Assembly (NCBI GenBank): GCA_037834085.1
Contig: JBBMKC010151467.1
Coordinates: 1-37,144, forward strand
Direction of reading: 5' to 3'
Source: Bipalium vagum
Taxonomy: Eukaryota
Length of the DNA stretch: 37,144 nt
Both the position numbers and the translations under genes were made by a program. Within the stretch, counting starts at the first letter, position 1, and each line of letters starts with the position of its first letter. This document shows positions 37,071-37,144 of this stretch, one piece after another. Below the pieces are notes generated by a model. That model was given only the letters and a program-made list of their open reading frames with translations, was not told where the DNA came from and made no database searches.

Positions 37071-37144
37071 TGAGTTATACCAATAATAATATTCTTGAAA
37101 ATTTTGGATTTTTAGGAATTTCAAAGAAAGTTATATTTCAGAAC

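Overview
This is very AT-rich eukaryotic genomic DNA, most likely from an invertebrate animal; the species cannot be determined from the sequence. It holds the 3' parts of two convergent, intron-containing host genes. The first is a divergent DNA topoisomerase II on the + strand: 11 exons at 155-8498 splice in frame to 789 aa with the catalytic motifs intact, and the protein stops without the usual long C-terminal tail. The second is a YJR142W/NUDT20-type Nudix hydrolase on the - strand, whose last three exons (30262-30394, 16227-16323, 13280-13335) are separated by 13.9 kb and 2.9 kb introns. Introns and the intergenic space are filled with decayed transposons: Tigger/pogo, several mariner lineages, Tc1, ITmD37E-like, a plant-type DD39D element nested in a Tc1 element, and Penelope-like retroelement remnants. 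The most notable signal is a minimal Penelope-type hammerhead ribozyme motif (15554-15598, -) lying sense in the last Nudix intron. It is preceded by a perfect 18-nt antisense copy of its own catalytic core. All calls come from manual reading and recalled family motifs; no database searches were run.
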